Source of the DNA: a virus
Length of the DNA: 64,000 bases
Strand: one strand, 5' to 3'
Virus record (IMG/VR): IMGVR_UViG_3300047564_002155
Location: 96,001 to 160,000 of that record
The translations under genes and the position numbers were made by a program. The notes below the pieces were generated by a model. The model did not search any database. It saw only the letters and a list, made by a program, of their open reading frames with translations, and was not told where the DNA came from. Below, one piece after another: positions 38,689-48,309 of this stretch (positions are counted from its first letter, which is position 1; every line of letters begins with the position of its first letter).

Positions 38689-39095
38689 TTAAAGAAGCAA
38701 AAACCAAAGTAGAGTGGGTAGCTGAAGAAGAGCGCCCCAACTATGGTGGGGTCAAAGAACAATCTGCAATTGAGTATTGTGAAGAAAACTATCCACAAAC
38801 TACTGAAGAGTTCAAAAATATTTTGGATGAGATGTATCTTACTTTTTGTAAGAAGCAGAGAAACTACGGACCGGGTAATATCTCCGTAGGAACATCACTT
38901 CAAACCCAAGATGAGGTTAGATTGTCTTTGACCGGATTATGGTTCCGTATTAACGATAAAGTTAATCGCTTGAAGCAGATGGTTGTATTGGGTCAGCCAG
39001 ATGAGGTTGGTGAGTCAATCCAAGATACATACGAAGACCTGTCGGTCTATGGTATTATCGCTCAGATTGTTCAGCGTGGAAAGTGGGGAAAATAA
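38676..39095 (+). CDS. DUF1599 / nucleotide-modification-associated domain 1 protein
   Basis: KKQRNYG..NI, RINDKVNRL, ESIQDTYEDLSVYGII. Confidence 0.75.
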   Translation: MAKMIKEAKTKVEWVAEEERPNYGGVKEQSAIEYCEENYPQTTEEFKNILDEMYLTFCKKQRNYGPGNISVGTSLQTQDEVRLSLTGLWFRINDKVNRLKQMVVLGQPDEVGESIQDTYEDLSVYGIIAQIVQRGKWGK

Positions 39096-39480
39096 AAAAC
39101 CCGATTATGTAGTATATTCGGAAGAAGGTGGGTATAACGCCCGCCTTTTACCATATGCTACAAATGTTGGGGCCCCAAGTATAAAAACGGAAGATGTTGA
39201 CCTTTGGAAGCAACGAGGAGTCAACAAAGTAAACAAACAATTAGAAACCAAGTTCAATGAACTCAAAGAAGAGTATCAGAGGTTGGTGGATGAATTTAGG
39301 TGGAATGAATTAGTTTATACCGCTAAATTTAGTTTTGAACCCGTGATAGGTGATACCTATCATCTTTATGTGGGTAATAACGGAAATGTGTTTCTTTCTT
39401 TAATATCACCAAACGAATGGAATAGAGAACATATTGGGTCGTTTAGATTAGATAGTAATCAAAAATGGATAAAATTATGA
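39076..39480 (+). CDS. DUF2452-like protein
   Basis: LPYATNVGAPSI, AKFSFEPVIG..YHLY, FLSLISPNEW; start uncertain. Confidence 0.6.
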   Translation: MESGENKKPDYVVYSEEGGYNARLLPYATNVGAPSIKTEDVDLWKQRGVNKVNKQLETKFNELKEEYQRLVDEFRWNELVYTAKFSFEPVIGDTYHLYVGNNGNVFLSLISPNEWNREHIGSFRLDSNQKWIKL

Positions 39481-39788
39481 AAAATGTTTTTCTGGCAAGT
39501 GTTTTGTTTTTAAGTTCTTGCGCAGTAACTCCGCTTACTAATGTTTCTACCAAAGACTTTTCTTACCAAGGAACGGACATTTACTACAAGGGTGAATTAT
39601 GTGCTCAAATGGGTGCTTTGGAAGTTGCATACGATGATGGTAAAGTTGTCCGTGAGGTCACTTACATCGTAACTGATGAAAAGTTCAACGAAGTGGCTAT
39701 GGGTATTTTAAAGTATGTTCGTGAACGCAGACCAAGTTGGGAAGTTGAAGTTGAGCTAAAAAAAGCTGTAAAAAGTTTGGATAATTAA
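39477..39788 (+). CDS. Putative lipoprotein
   Basis: MKNVFLASVLFLSSC lipobox-like signal. Confidence 0.65.
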   Translation: MKNVFLASVLFLSSCAVTPLTNVSTKDFSYQGTDIYYKGELCAQMGALEVAYDDGKVVREVTYIVTDEKFNEVAMGILKYVRERRPSWEVEVELKKAVKSLDN

Positions 39789-39807
39789 AAACTTTTTCGT
39801 ATATTTG
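39776..39807 (+). promoter_or_regulatory. Bacteroidota-type promoter
   Basis: TTTG-N20-TATATTTG; ATG 5 nt downstream. Confidence 0.8.
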
Positions 39808-39812
39808 TATAG

Positions 39813-40748
39813 ATGAAAAAGTCAAAGACAACACTACTTCAGATTCCTGTTTATGTAGAAAAGCAGGGAGATGTGAAGGTTTCGTACTCACAATATACGA
39901 TGTGGGCTAATTGCCCTAAACAATGGAAGCTGACCTATATGGATGGTAATAAAATTGATGACCCATCCATTCACCTCATCTTCGGAACTTCAATGCACGA
40001 AACCATCCAAACTTGGTTGGATGTTATGTATTCTTCAACTGTGAAGAAAGCCAATGAACTTGACCTACATACTATGTTGAGGGATACGATGGCTAAAGAA
40101 TACAAAAAGACAATGGCTATCTATGGTCAAAAGTTTACCACCAAAGAACAAATGAATGAGTTCTATCAAGATGGTGTTGAAATTATTGACTACTTGAAGA
40201 AGAAACGCTCAATATATTTCTCTACCAAGAAAATCAAATTGGTGGGTATTGAGTTGCCAATTTACTATCCGACAAATAATGAAAATGTGATGATGAAGGG
40301 CTTCCTTGACCTTGTGTTTGAGGATACTGAAAATTCTCGCCTTATCATTGATGATATCAAAACATCTACAAGTGGTTGGAATAAGTGGGCTAAAGCCGAC
40401 AAAACCAAAACCGCTCAGTTGATTTTATATAAGAAGTTTTTCTCCGAACAATATGGATACGACATTGATAGAATTGATGTTCAGTACATTATATTAAAAC
40501 GAAAGTTGAGTGAGAACGCTTACGACAAACGAGTTCAAGTATTTAAGCCCGCTGCTGGTAGTCGGACTCTGAAAGAAATTACAACAAACTTTGATACCTT
40601 TGTATCAGCCGCTTTCAATATGGATGGAACCTACCGACAAGATGGTCCATTTCCCGCCAAAGCCGGTGATAAGAATAAGAATTGTAGATTTTGTCCTTTC
40701 AAAGACCGCTACGATTTGTGTCCTAAATCAGAACGACACGCTGTTTAA
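39813..40748 (+). CDS. PD-(D/E)xK nuclease (RecB/Cas4-like, Fe-S cysteines)
   Basis: SYSQ...CP, FGTSMHE, GFLDLV, DDIKTS, QLILY, CRFCPF.....C. Confidence 0.88.
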   Translation: MKKSKTTLLQIPVYVEKQGDVKVSYSQYTMWANCPKQWKLTYMDGNKIDDPSIHLIFGTSMHETIQTWLDVMYSSTVKKANELDLHTMLRDTMAKEYKKTMAIYGQKFTTKEQMNEFYQDGVEIIDYLKKKRSIYFSTKKIKLVGIELPIYYPTNNENVMMKGFLDLVFEDTENSRLIIDDIKTSTSGWNKWAKADKTKTAQLILYKKFFSEQYGYDIDRIDVQYIILKRKLSENAYDKRVQVFKPAAGSRTLKEITTNFDTFVSAAFNMDGTYRQDGPFPAKAGDKNKNCRFCPFKDRYDLCPKSERHAV

Positions 40749-40763
40749 TCAAAACCCTTAATT

Positions 40764-41327
40764 ATGTTGTATAGCTACAATAAAACCCTGTTGGAATTCA
40801 AAAGAATTGGATTACGAAAGTTAGTTCTTATTTTGAGTGGATTCGCATTTTTAATTGGTAGTATTTCTTATGGAATTGGTAGATACGCTGCTTTTGGAGA
40901 TTTGAGTATCTATGAGAAAAACATACTACTGTTAAACATCAAGGAAACTCCTTTTAATCAAGATGATTTGGTCAAATTGATGAAAGACCTTAATATGAAA
41001 TTTCCACATATTGCATTGGCTCAATCTTATGTAGAAACAGGTCAGTTCAAATCTAAAATCTTCCGAGAAAACAACAACCTATTTGGTATGAAGCAAGCCC
41101 GCCAGAGGGTTAATACTGCAAAAGGAACACAAAATAACCACGCATACTACGATACTTGGGAAGAGTCAGTATACGACTACGCATTTTACCAATGTAGATA
41201 TTTAGGTGGCATTCAAACTGAAGAAGAATATTTTAGATATTTGAATGCTTCTTATGCTGAAGACCCTAATTATGTAAGTAAAGTAAAATCGGTTATTGAA
41301 AAACAAAAGTTGCGAGAGCTATTTTAA
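40764..41327 (+). CDS. Glucosaminidase (GH73-like) peptidoglycan hydrolase with N-terminal TM segment
   Basis: AQSYVETG, NNLFGMK, YDTWEESVYDY, YAEDPNY. Confidence 0.85.
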   Translation: MLYSYNKTLLEFKRIGLRKLVLILSGFAFLIGSISYGIGRYAAFGDLSIYEKNILLLNIKETPFNQDDLVKLMKDLNMKFPHIALAQSYVETGQFKSKIFRENNNLFGMKQARQRVNTAKGTQNNHAYYDTWEESVYDYAFYQCRYLGGIQTEEEYFRYLNASYAEDPNYVSKVKSVIEKQKLRELF

Positions 41328-41791
41328 TGAGAAAATATCAAAATCATTCCCCGAATAGATTGCGTGTAAAGAGCTTATATAATAGAAGAGAAGGTATGAA
41401 GGTCGCATTGATAGGTGATGCTAGATATGAAAATCGTGGTGAAATCAAAGACCTTATATTCAAACTAAAACAAAAATTTGGAGACCAACTATCAATTATC
41501 AGTCGTGGTAACAAAGATGGTATTGAAAAATGGGTTCGCAAATTTTGCATAGAATTGGATGTAAAGTATATTGAGTATAACCTTGCATCTACACCAATGA
41601 ACCTATACAGTGGAATGTCCGAAGAATACTATGACAAACCACACCACCCCACCCAAAAATTACACCAATACGACTTGATTGCTCAAAACGCAGACAAGAT
41701 TATGTATTTTGGTCAAATTGATATTAAAGAGTGGAAACACTTTGAAAAAAGAGTATATTGGAACGATAAAAAAGTCACATTCGTACAATGA
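41327..41791 (+). CDS. SLOG-family (DprA/YspA-like) protein
   Basis: MKVALIGDARY ... IISRGNKDGIEKWVRKF; start may be 41396. Confidence 0.55.
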   Translation: MRKYQNHSPNRLRVKSLYNRREGMKVALIGDARYENRGEIKDLIFKLKQKFGDQLSIISRGNKDGIEKWVRKFCIELDVKYIEYNLASTPMNLYSGMSEEYYDKPHHPTQKLHQYDLIAQNADKIMYFGQIDIKEWKHFEKRVYWNDKKVTFVQ

Positions 41792-43608
41792 TTATATTAG
41801 GAATACACACAGGACACGATGCGTCTCTATCACTAATGCGTGATGGTAAAATTGTATCAGCTATTGCAGTAGAAAGATTATCTCGTAGAAAAAAAGATGA
41901 TTTTATTAGTCGTGAAGTATTTGATACTTTTTTAGAAAAAAATGGTATATCAATTGAAGAGGTTGATGTTATTACGATGGGGTTTTGGCATAAACAATCA
42001 ATTCCATTTATGAATATTTACTCACCACTTGATACCAAGTATCCATTAAGCACCTATGGAACATATGAGCTTGAAAGTAGAATATTAAGTGGAGTTGACC
42101 CAAATCATACACCACAATTAATTGATGGTTTGGGTTGGACTTTACCAATATACATTGACCGTATAACCCCACCATATGGAAGTGGAACGAGTCCACACAT
42201 TGGATATGCTAGACTGTGGGTTTTGATTGATGGGGTTGATAAAGTATTTCAAGGTTACTTTGTAGACCATCATACCGCACATTCTGCATACGCTTTTTAC
42301 CTATCACCATTTAAAGAGTCTATGATTTTTACAGCTGATGCTAGTATAAGTGACCATATGGCTTGTAGTTCTATGCAATTTGGATGGGGTAATCAAATAA
42401 ATCGGTTTAAGAATCCACAATATATGTATGGAAACTTTTACGATGTTGCTACGGAATGGTGTGGTATTGGACCTGGTGTATTAAAAGCGGGTGTTTTAAT
42501 GGGGTTGGCTGCGTATGGTCAAGTTAGTCCAAAAACCAAAAAAAATTGGAAAAAATGGACCAAACCTATGAGAAAAAGAACTGAAGAGTTTGATAATCTT
42601 TACATTGATTGGTTATGGTCTCAAATTAGTGGTAGATTTCCAAAAATTTGGTATCCACGCGAAGTTAACAAATACGAAGATACTTTTTACACAAGACCAC
42701 ATCAGTATGTTTATACCAAAGAAGAGTCCGAGTCAAAAGAGGTAATGGGTGTTGCGGCTGATATTCAATATATGGCTGAGCGTTCATTGGTAAAATATTC
42801 ACAAGACCTTTACCAAGAAAGTAAAGAGTTCAATAAAAACTTATGTGCGGCTGGTGGTATATTTTTGAATTGTAATGCAAACTATAAAATTATTACCGAA
42901 AGTGGATTTGAAAACTTCTTTTTAGCACCGGCTTGTGGTGATGATGGTATATCAATTGGTTCATCTTTATACGCTTATCATCATATTTTATTGAACGATA
43001 AGATAGAACACAAAAATTCGGAAATTATGTATCTTGGGTTTGATTATGATTATCAACCATCAAGTAAATACACCGAAGTTGATTTGGATTTGGATGTCAT
43101 TGCTAATTCAGTTGCAGATGGTAAAATTGTTTGTTGGTTCCAAGGTCGTTCTGAATTTGGACCACGAGCCTTGGGTAATCGCTCATTCATTACCGACCCA
43201 CGAAGAAAGGAAATGAAAGACATCCTAAATTCAAGGGTTAAGTTCCGTGAGTGGTATAGACCATTTGCTCCTGTGATTTTGAATGAATACAAAGAAGAAT
43301 GGTTCCAAATGGATTTTGAATCGCCATTTATGCTATTTACAGTTCCTTGTAAAAAACCACAAGAAATCCCATCCGCAGTTCATATTGACAATACAGGTCG
43401 TGTTCAGACTCTTCGTAGGGAAGACAATGAAAGATTTTACGATTTGATAGACAAGTTTAGACAAATCACGGGTGTTCCTATTGTGATGAATACCTCGTTA
43501 AATATCAAGGGTGAACCTATTGTTGAAACGCCGGAAGATGCTATGAAATTGTTTGAAGAATCCGATGTTGATGTGTTAGTAATCAACAACAAAATGTATT
43601 TTAAATAA
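41788..43608 (+). CDS. Carbamoyltransferase (NodU/CmcH family)
   Basis: ILGIHTGHDAS, ERLSRRK, HHTAH, MGLAAYG, AGGIFLNC, GRSEFGPRALGNRS, KFREWYRPFAP, NTSLN. Confidence 0.95.
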   Translation: MIILGIHTGHDASLSLMRDGKIVSAIAVERLSRRKKDDFISREVFDTFLEKNGISIEEVDVITMGFWHKQSIPFMNIYSPLDTKYPLSTYGTYELESRILSGVDPNHTPQLIDGLGWTLPIYIDRITPPYGSGTSPHIGYARLWVLIDGVDKVFQGYFVDHHTAHSAYAFYLSPFKESMIFTADASISDHMACSSMQFGWGNQINRFKNPQYMYGNFYDVATEWCGIGPGVLKAGVLMGLAAYGQVSPKTKKNWKKWTKPMRKRTEEFDNLYIDWLWSQISGRFPKIWYPREVNKYEDTFYTRPHQYVYTKEESESKEVMGVAADIQYMAERSLVKYSQDLYQESKEFNKNLCAAGGIFLNCNANYKIITESGFENFFLAPACGDDGISIGSSLYAYHHILLNDKIEHKNSEIMYLGFDYDYQPSSKYTEVDLDLDVIANSVADGKIVCWFQGRSEFGPRALGNRSFITDPRRKEMKDILNSRVKFREWYRPFAPVILNEYKEEWFQMDFESPFMLFTVPCKKPQEIPSAVHIDNTGRVQTLRREDNERFYDLIDKFRQITGVPIVMNTSLNIKGEPIVETPEDAMKLFEESDVDVLVINNKMYFK

Positions 43609-43641
43609 CCAACTTTAATACTTATACCAAAGAGTTACGAT

Positions 43642-45066
43642 ATGGAATTACAATTACCAAAGCTACGAAAAGTAGACCCTAATAAACCAAAGAAAAAGAA
43701 GATTTTACTTCTATCGGATGACCTCCGATTGCATAGTGGAATCGCAACGCAGAGTAAAGAAATGGTCCTATCAACCCTACACAAATATGATTGGGTTCAG
43801 TTAGGTGCTGCTTTAAAACACCCCGATGAAGGTAAAGTGTTTGATGTATCAGCTGATGCTGCTAAAGAAAGTGGTGTTGAAGACGCGTACTTGAAGATTT
43901 ACGCATCTACGGGCTATGGAAGTCCTGATGTGTTAAGAAACCTAATTAACATTGAAAAGCCGGATGCAATTCTACACTTTACCGACCCTCGTTTTTGGGG
44001 ATGGTTATACAATATGGAACACGAAGTTCGGCAGTTTGTTCCTATTATGTATTACAATATTTGGGATTCATTGCCAGACCCAATGTGGAATGCTCCGTTC
44101 TACGCAAGTTGTGATTTGTTAATGTCCATCTCAAAACAAACATATGGTATCAACAAACGAGTGTTGGAAAAGTATGAAATGGCTAAAGAAGATTGGGCTT
44201 ACAAATACATCCCACACGGAGTATCAAAATTGTTTAAACCACTACCAAGTGATGATTTAAACTTGGTAAAGTTCAAAGAAAAGTATGGTCTTGACAAGTA
44301 TGACTTTGTAGTTCTTTGGAACAATAGAAACATTCGTAGAAAAGTGCCAGGTGATATGATTCTTGCATTTAACGAGTTTGCAGAACGATATCAAGACAAA
44401 AAGCTTCTATTGTTTATGCACACTCAACCCGTTGATGATAATGGAACGGATATTCCAGATGTAATCAAACACAATGGTAAGTTTGGTGAATACAAGTTCA
44501 CCGATGCAAGATTCTCAACCGAAGAACTTAACCTATTTTACAATTCAGGTGATGTGATTCTAAACATCGCATCCAACGAAGGATTTGGTCTTGCGTCTTG
44601 TGAAGCTCTACGAGCTGGAACTCCAATTGTTGTAAATGTTACCGGCGGCCTCCAAGACCAATGTGGATTTGAATTGGATGGTAAACCGCTAACTGCAGAA
44701 GATTATGTAAAAATTGGTTCACTTCACAATCGTAGAGATTGGAATTCGCTTCAAAGTAATGGTAGATTAGTGTGGGGTGAGTGGGTATTTCCTGTATGGC
44801 CATCTAACCTATCTCTTCAAGGTTCTCCCGCAACTCCATACATTTTTGATGACCGAGTTGATTACTACGAAGTAGCAGACCAACTTGATTGGTCCTTCAG
44901 AGAGGGTAGAGAAGCTCTTGTTGAATATGGTGAGATTGGTAGTCAATGGATTCAATCAGACGCAGGTATGTCTATGGAATCTATGGGTGGTAGATTTGTT
45001 GAAGCTATTGAAGGATGTTTCCAAAATTGGACTCCTCGTAAACGATTTGAAATTTATAAAGCATGA
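43642..45066 (+). CDS. Glycosyltransferase (GT4-like)
   Basis: LLLSDD...SG, YIPHG, NNRNIRRK, NEGFGL...EAL.AGTP...TGG. Confidence 0.9.
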   Translation: MELQLPKLRKVDPNKPKKKKILLLSDDLRLHSGIATQSKEMVLSTLHKYDWVQLGAALKHPDEGKVFDVSADAAKESGVEDAYLKIYASTGYGSPDVLRNLINIEKPDAILHFTDPRFWGWLYNMEHEVRQFVPIMYYNIWDSLPDPMWNAPFYASCDLLMSISKQTYGINKRVLEKYEMAKEDWAYKYIPHGVSKLFKPLPSDDLNLVKFKEKYGLDKYDFVVLWNNRNIRRKVPGDMILAFNEFAERYQDKKLLLFMHTQPVDDNGTDIPDVIKHNGKFGEYKFTDARFSTEELNLFYNSGDVILNIASNEGFGLASCEALRAGTPIVVNVTGGLQDQCGFELDGKPLTAEDYVKIGSLHNRRDWNSLQSNGRLVWGEWVFPVWPSNLSLQGSPATPYIFDDRVDYYEVADQLDWSFREGREALVEYGEIGSQWIQSDAGMSMESMGGRFVEAIEGCFQNWTPRKRFEIYKA

Positions 45067-46337
45067 AAAAGTTATGTGTAGTTAGTTGCCCTATCGCAAC
45101 ACGCAGTGGTTATGGTTCTCGTTCAAGAGATTTTGTTCGTTCACTAATCCAAGTAAAGGGTGAGGAGTGGGATATTCGTATCCTACCACAACGATGGGGT
45201 AATACACCTCAAACAGCTCTTACTGATGCAGACCAAGATTTGACCTCACGATTTGTGACCAAGTTGGAAACCAAGCCCGATGTGTGGATTCAAATCACCA
45301 TTCCAAGTGAGTTCCAATCCGTTGGTCACTACAACATTGGTGTATCTGCAGTGATTGAAACCAACCAAGCCAGCCCAGCATTCATTGAAGGATGTAATCG
45401 TATGGATTTGAATCTTGTATCATCCAATCACTCCGCAACTACATTAAGTGTTAGTTACGACAAAATGGATGATAAGACCAAACAAAAAATTGGTGAGTTG
45501 AAACTTACCAAACCCGTTGAGGTTTTGTTTGAGGGATTCCACGAAGACATTTATGATAACAAAAAACCAATTCATAGTTCAGTAAATCAAGTGATGTCAG
45601 ATATCAAAGAAGATTTCGCATTTCTATTTGTAGGTCATTGGTTACAAGGAAACTCTGGTGAAGACCGAAAGAATGTTAGTGGACTTGTTTATACATTCCT
45701 TGAATCTTTCAAAAACAAGTCAAAGAAGCCAGCACTTATTTTGAAAACATCACTTGTAGCTCCGGGCATTACAAATGTTCACGAAGTTCGTAAACGAATT
45801 GAGATGATTAAAAACCAAGTAGACTCAAAGAATCTGCCAAATGTTTACATTCTTGATGGTGAACTTTCGGATGAAGAAATGAACTCACTATACAACCATC
45901 CAAAAGTAAAAGCGCACGTATCTTTTACAAAAGGTGAGGGTTTTGGTAGACCTCTATTAGAAGCTTGTGTGAGTGGTAAACCAATTATCGCATCAAAGTG
46001 GAGTGGTCATTTGGATTTTCTACACAATGATTACAATTTCTTGATTGGTGGTGATGTTAAACAAGTTCATCCATCATCGGCTAACGATTGGATTATGAAA
46101 GAAGCCAGTTGGTTTACTATAAATTATTCAGACGCGGGTGCTCATCTAAAATGGATTTACGATAATTATAATAAAGCAGAAGAGAGGTCTCGTAAGAATC
46201 GTAAGTATGTAAAGGATAATTTCACCATTGAAAAAATGACTCAATTGCTTGGTGATATTCTACAAAAGTATGACGCCGGAAAAGGACCCCAACAAGTTAC
46301 ACTTCAACTACCTAAATTGAAGAAATTAGATGCCTGA
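45063..46337 (+). CDS. Glycosyltransferase (GT4-like)
   Basis: TRSGYG, FLFVGHW, DRKN, GEGFGRPLLEA...GKPIIAS.WSG. Confidence 0.9.
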   Translation: MKKLCVVSCPIATRSGYGSRSRDFVRSLIQVKGEEWDIRILPQRWGNTPQTALTDADQDLTSRFVTKLETKPDVWIQITIPSEFQSVGHYNIGVSAVIETNQASPAFIEGCNRMDLNLVSSNHSATTLSVSYDKMDDKTKQKIGELKLTKPVEVLFEGFHEDIYDNKKPIHSSVNQVMSDIKEDFAFLFVGHWLQGNSGEDRKNVSGLVYTFLESFKNKSKKPALILKTSLVAPGITNVHEVRKRIEMIKNQVDSKNLPNVYILDGELSDEEMNSLYNHPKVKAHVSFTKGEGFGRPLLEACVSGKPIIASKWSGHLDFLHNDYNFLIGGDVKQVHPSSANDWIMKEASWFTINYSDAGAHLKWIYDNYNKAEERSRKNRKYVKDNFTIEKMTQLLGDILQKYDAGKGPQQVTLQLPKLKKLDA

Positions 46338-46803
46338 TTTTAAAAACCAACATCGGAATAAGATGACTGACCCTACACGACTCCAAAAGTCAAACTTGGA
46401 GAGAGGTATGGTTGCAAAAATTGATTACACCAAAACTAATGGTGAAACGGGTGATTATTTCGTGTTTGTTTTACAACCAAAGTTTAAGGAATACTTACAT
46501 TGTATAGACCTTGATAAGGTCAGTCCAATTGTATTTTCAAAACTGGCGGAAGACTATCCGGAGATTATGGCGGAATCAACTCGTGTTCGTAAATTGGACT
46601 TAACTAAACTACGAATAGATGAGTCATCCAAAGCATTCTATATGGGTGAAATCAAAAGAAAAAAACTACAAGAAGGTTACCGAACTTTAATTTACAAGAA
46701 TGTGGGTCCGATAATGGTATTCAATTACAACTATGGTGTAAACGATAAAGTTGCTGCGGCAAATAAAAGAAGACAAGAAGAACAAGTTCAAAAAGATGAT
46801 TGA
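46330..46803 (+). CDS. Hypothetical protein (weak resemblance to DNA end-protector gp2)
   Basis: 157-aa ORF; FVFVL....YLHCIDL ... GYRTL. Confidence 0.45.
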   Translation: MPDFKNQHRNKMTDPTRLQKSNLERGMVAKIDYTKTNGETGDYFVFVLQPKFKEYLHCIDLDKVSPIVFSKLAEDYPEIMAESTRVRKLDLTKLRIDESSKAFYMGEIKRKKLQEGYRTLIYKNVGPIMVFNYNYGVNDKVAAANKRRQEEQVQKDD

Positions 46804-46805
46804 TT

Positions 46806-47423
46806 ATGAAAATTAGTTACGCAGTTACGGTTTGTAATGAGTTTATTGAAATACAACGATTACTAACATTTCTTATTGACCGAAAACAACCACAAGATGA
46901 AATTGTGGTTTTCTATGATACAAACCACGGAACACCAGAAGTGGAACGATACCTAACAATATTGGGTAGTAGTATCCGAAGAATCGGTTATCACTTTGAT
47001 GGTCACTTTGGACATATGAAGAACGCATTAACCGAAGCTTGTTTGGGAGATTACATTTTTCAGATTGATGCAGATGAAATTCCCAATGAAGTTCTTATGG
47101 ACAACATTCACCCAATCTTGGAAGAAAATGATGTGGATGTAATTCTCGTACCACGAGTAAATACAGTAGAAGGTTTGACCCAAGAACACATTCAAAAATG
47201 GGGATGGCGATTAAATGAAAAGGGTTGGGTAAATTTTCCAGACCCTCAATGGCGAATCTACAAGAACAATGGAGTCATTCGTTGGGAAAACAAGGTTCAC
47301 GAAAAACTCGTTGGATATGAAACTATTTCAAACCTACCTTGGACCGAAGAACTTTCCTTATATCATCCAAAGGGAATAGAAAGACAAGAACGACAAAACG
47401 ATTATTACGAAACCCTATCGTGA
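46806..47423 (+). CDS. Glycosyltransferase family 2
   Basis: ISYAVTVCNE, YIFQIDADE, NFPDPQWRI, KVHE. Confidence 0.9.
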   Translation: MKISYAVTVCNEFIEIQRLLTFLIDRKQPQDEIVVFYDTNHGTPEVERYLTILGSSIRRIGYHFDGHFGHMKNALTEACLGDYIFQIDADEIPNEVLMDNIHPILEENDVDVILVPRVNTVEGLTQEHIQKWGWRLNEKGWVNFPDPQWRIYKNNGVIRWENKVHEKLVGYETISNLPWTEELSLYHPKGIERQERQNDYYETLS

Positions 47424-47475
47424 TGGGTGTTTTGGAAACGAATCGTGTGTCATAAAGAAAATTTTACAATTATCT

Positions 47476-48309
47476 ATGTTTGATATAAAGCCATTTCGCG
47501 AAGAAGTTTTGGATATCCTAAAGCAGAGCGGTAATCATTACAATACAAAAACCATAACCTTAAATAGAGTTGGTAAGGAATTCTCGTATCATAGATGGTT
47601 ACATCCATATCAAGGTGATTGGGAAGTTGAGTATCTCTTTACGGAAGAAATCTTACAAAACCTTTCAAAAATTATCTTACCCCATTCCACCGTCATTGAT
47701 GTTGGAGCCCAAGTAGGAAATATGTCCATTGCGTATTCCTTGTTCGCAGACAAAGTTATTTCGTTTGAACCAAACCCTGCTACCTTTGAAGTTTTGGAAA
47801 AAAACTCAAAGTTAAATCCAAATATCCACCCATACAATTATGCGGTTTCGGATGAAGAAGGTGAACTTACTTTTCACTATTCCGATATGGGATTTTGTAA
47901 TGGTGGATTTGCTACTCGTACACACTTTGGAGTTGGTGTAACCGGTCACAAAATTCCAATTGATGTTTATGGTGTAAATCTACCAAAATTTATTGAAGAT
48001 GAAAATATTGATTTGGGTGTGGTATCTTTAATAAAAGTAGACGCAGAGGGTCACGATAAAGACATTTTAAAAACTTTAAAACCAATTATTGAAGTTCATC
48101 ATCCTTATTTGATTACGGAAATTTATAATGGATTGGATGTTCAAGAAACACAAGAGTTATTAGATGTTATTCATTCCTATGGTTATAAAATTTATGATGA
48201 AGAATTCAATAAATGTAACCTTGAAAATTTAGGTAAAGAAATCAAGTCAGCAGTAGATATCACTCCGGGCTCTGGTCATAATTTGTTTTGTATTTATGAT
48301 TCCAAATAA
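47476..48309 (+). CDS. FkbM-family methyltransferase
   Basis: VIDVGAQVG, SFEPNP, LIKVDAEGHD. Confidence 0.9.
   Translation: MFDIKPFREEVLDILKQSGNHYNTKTITLNRVGKEFSYHRWLHPYQGDWEVEYLFTEEILQNLSKIILPHSTVIDVGAQVGNMSIAYSLFADKVISFEPNPATFEVLEKNSKLNPNIHPYNYAVSDEEGELTFHYSDMGFCNGGFATRTHFGVGVTGHKIPIDVYGVNLPKFIEDENIDLGVVSLIKVDAEGHDKDILKTLKPIIEVHHPYLITEIYNGLDVQETQELLDVIHSYGYKIYDEEFNKCNLENLGKEIKSAVDITPGSGHNLFCIYDSK

Noticed and set aside
39813-40748. Cas4-like nuclease as part of a CRISPR-Cas system
   Set aside because: No cas1/cas2 or array; standalone Cas4/RecB-like nucleases are common in phages
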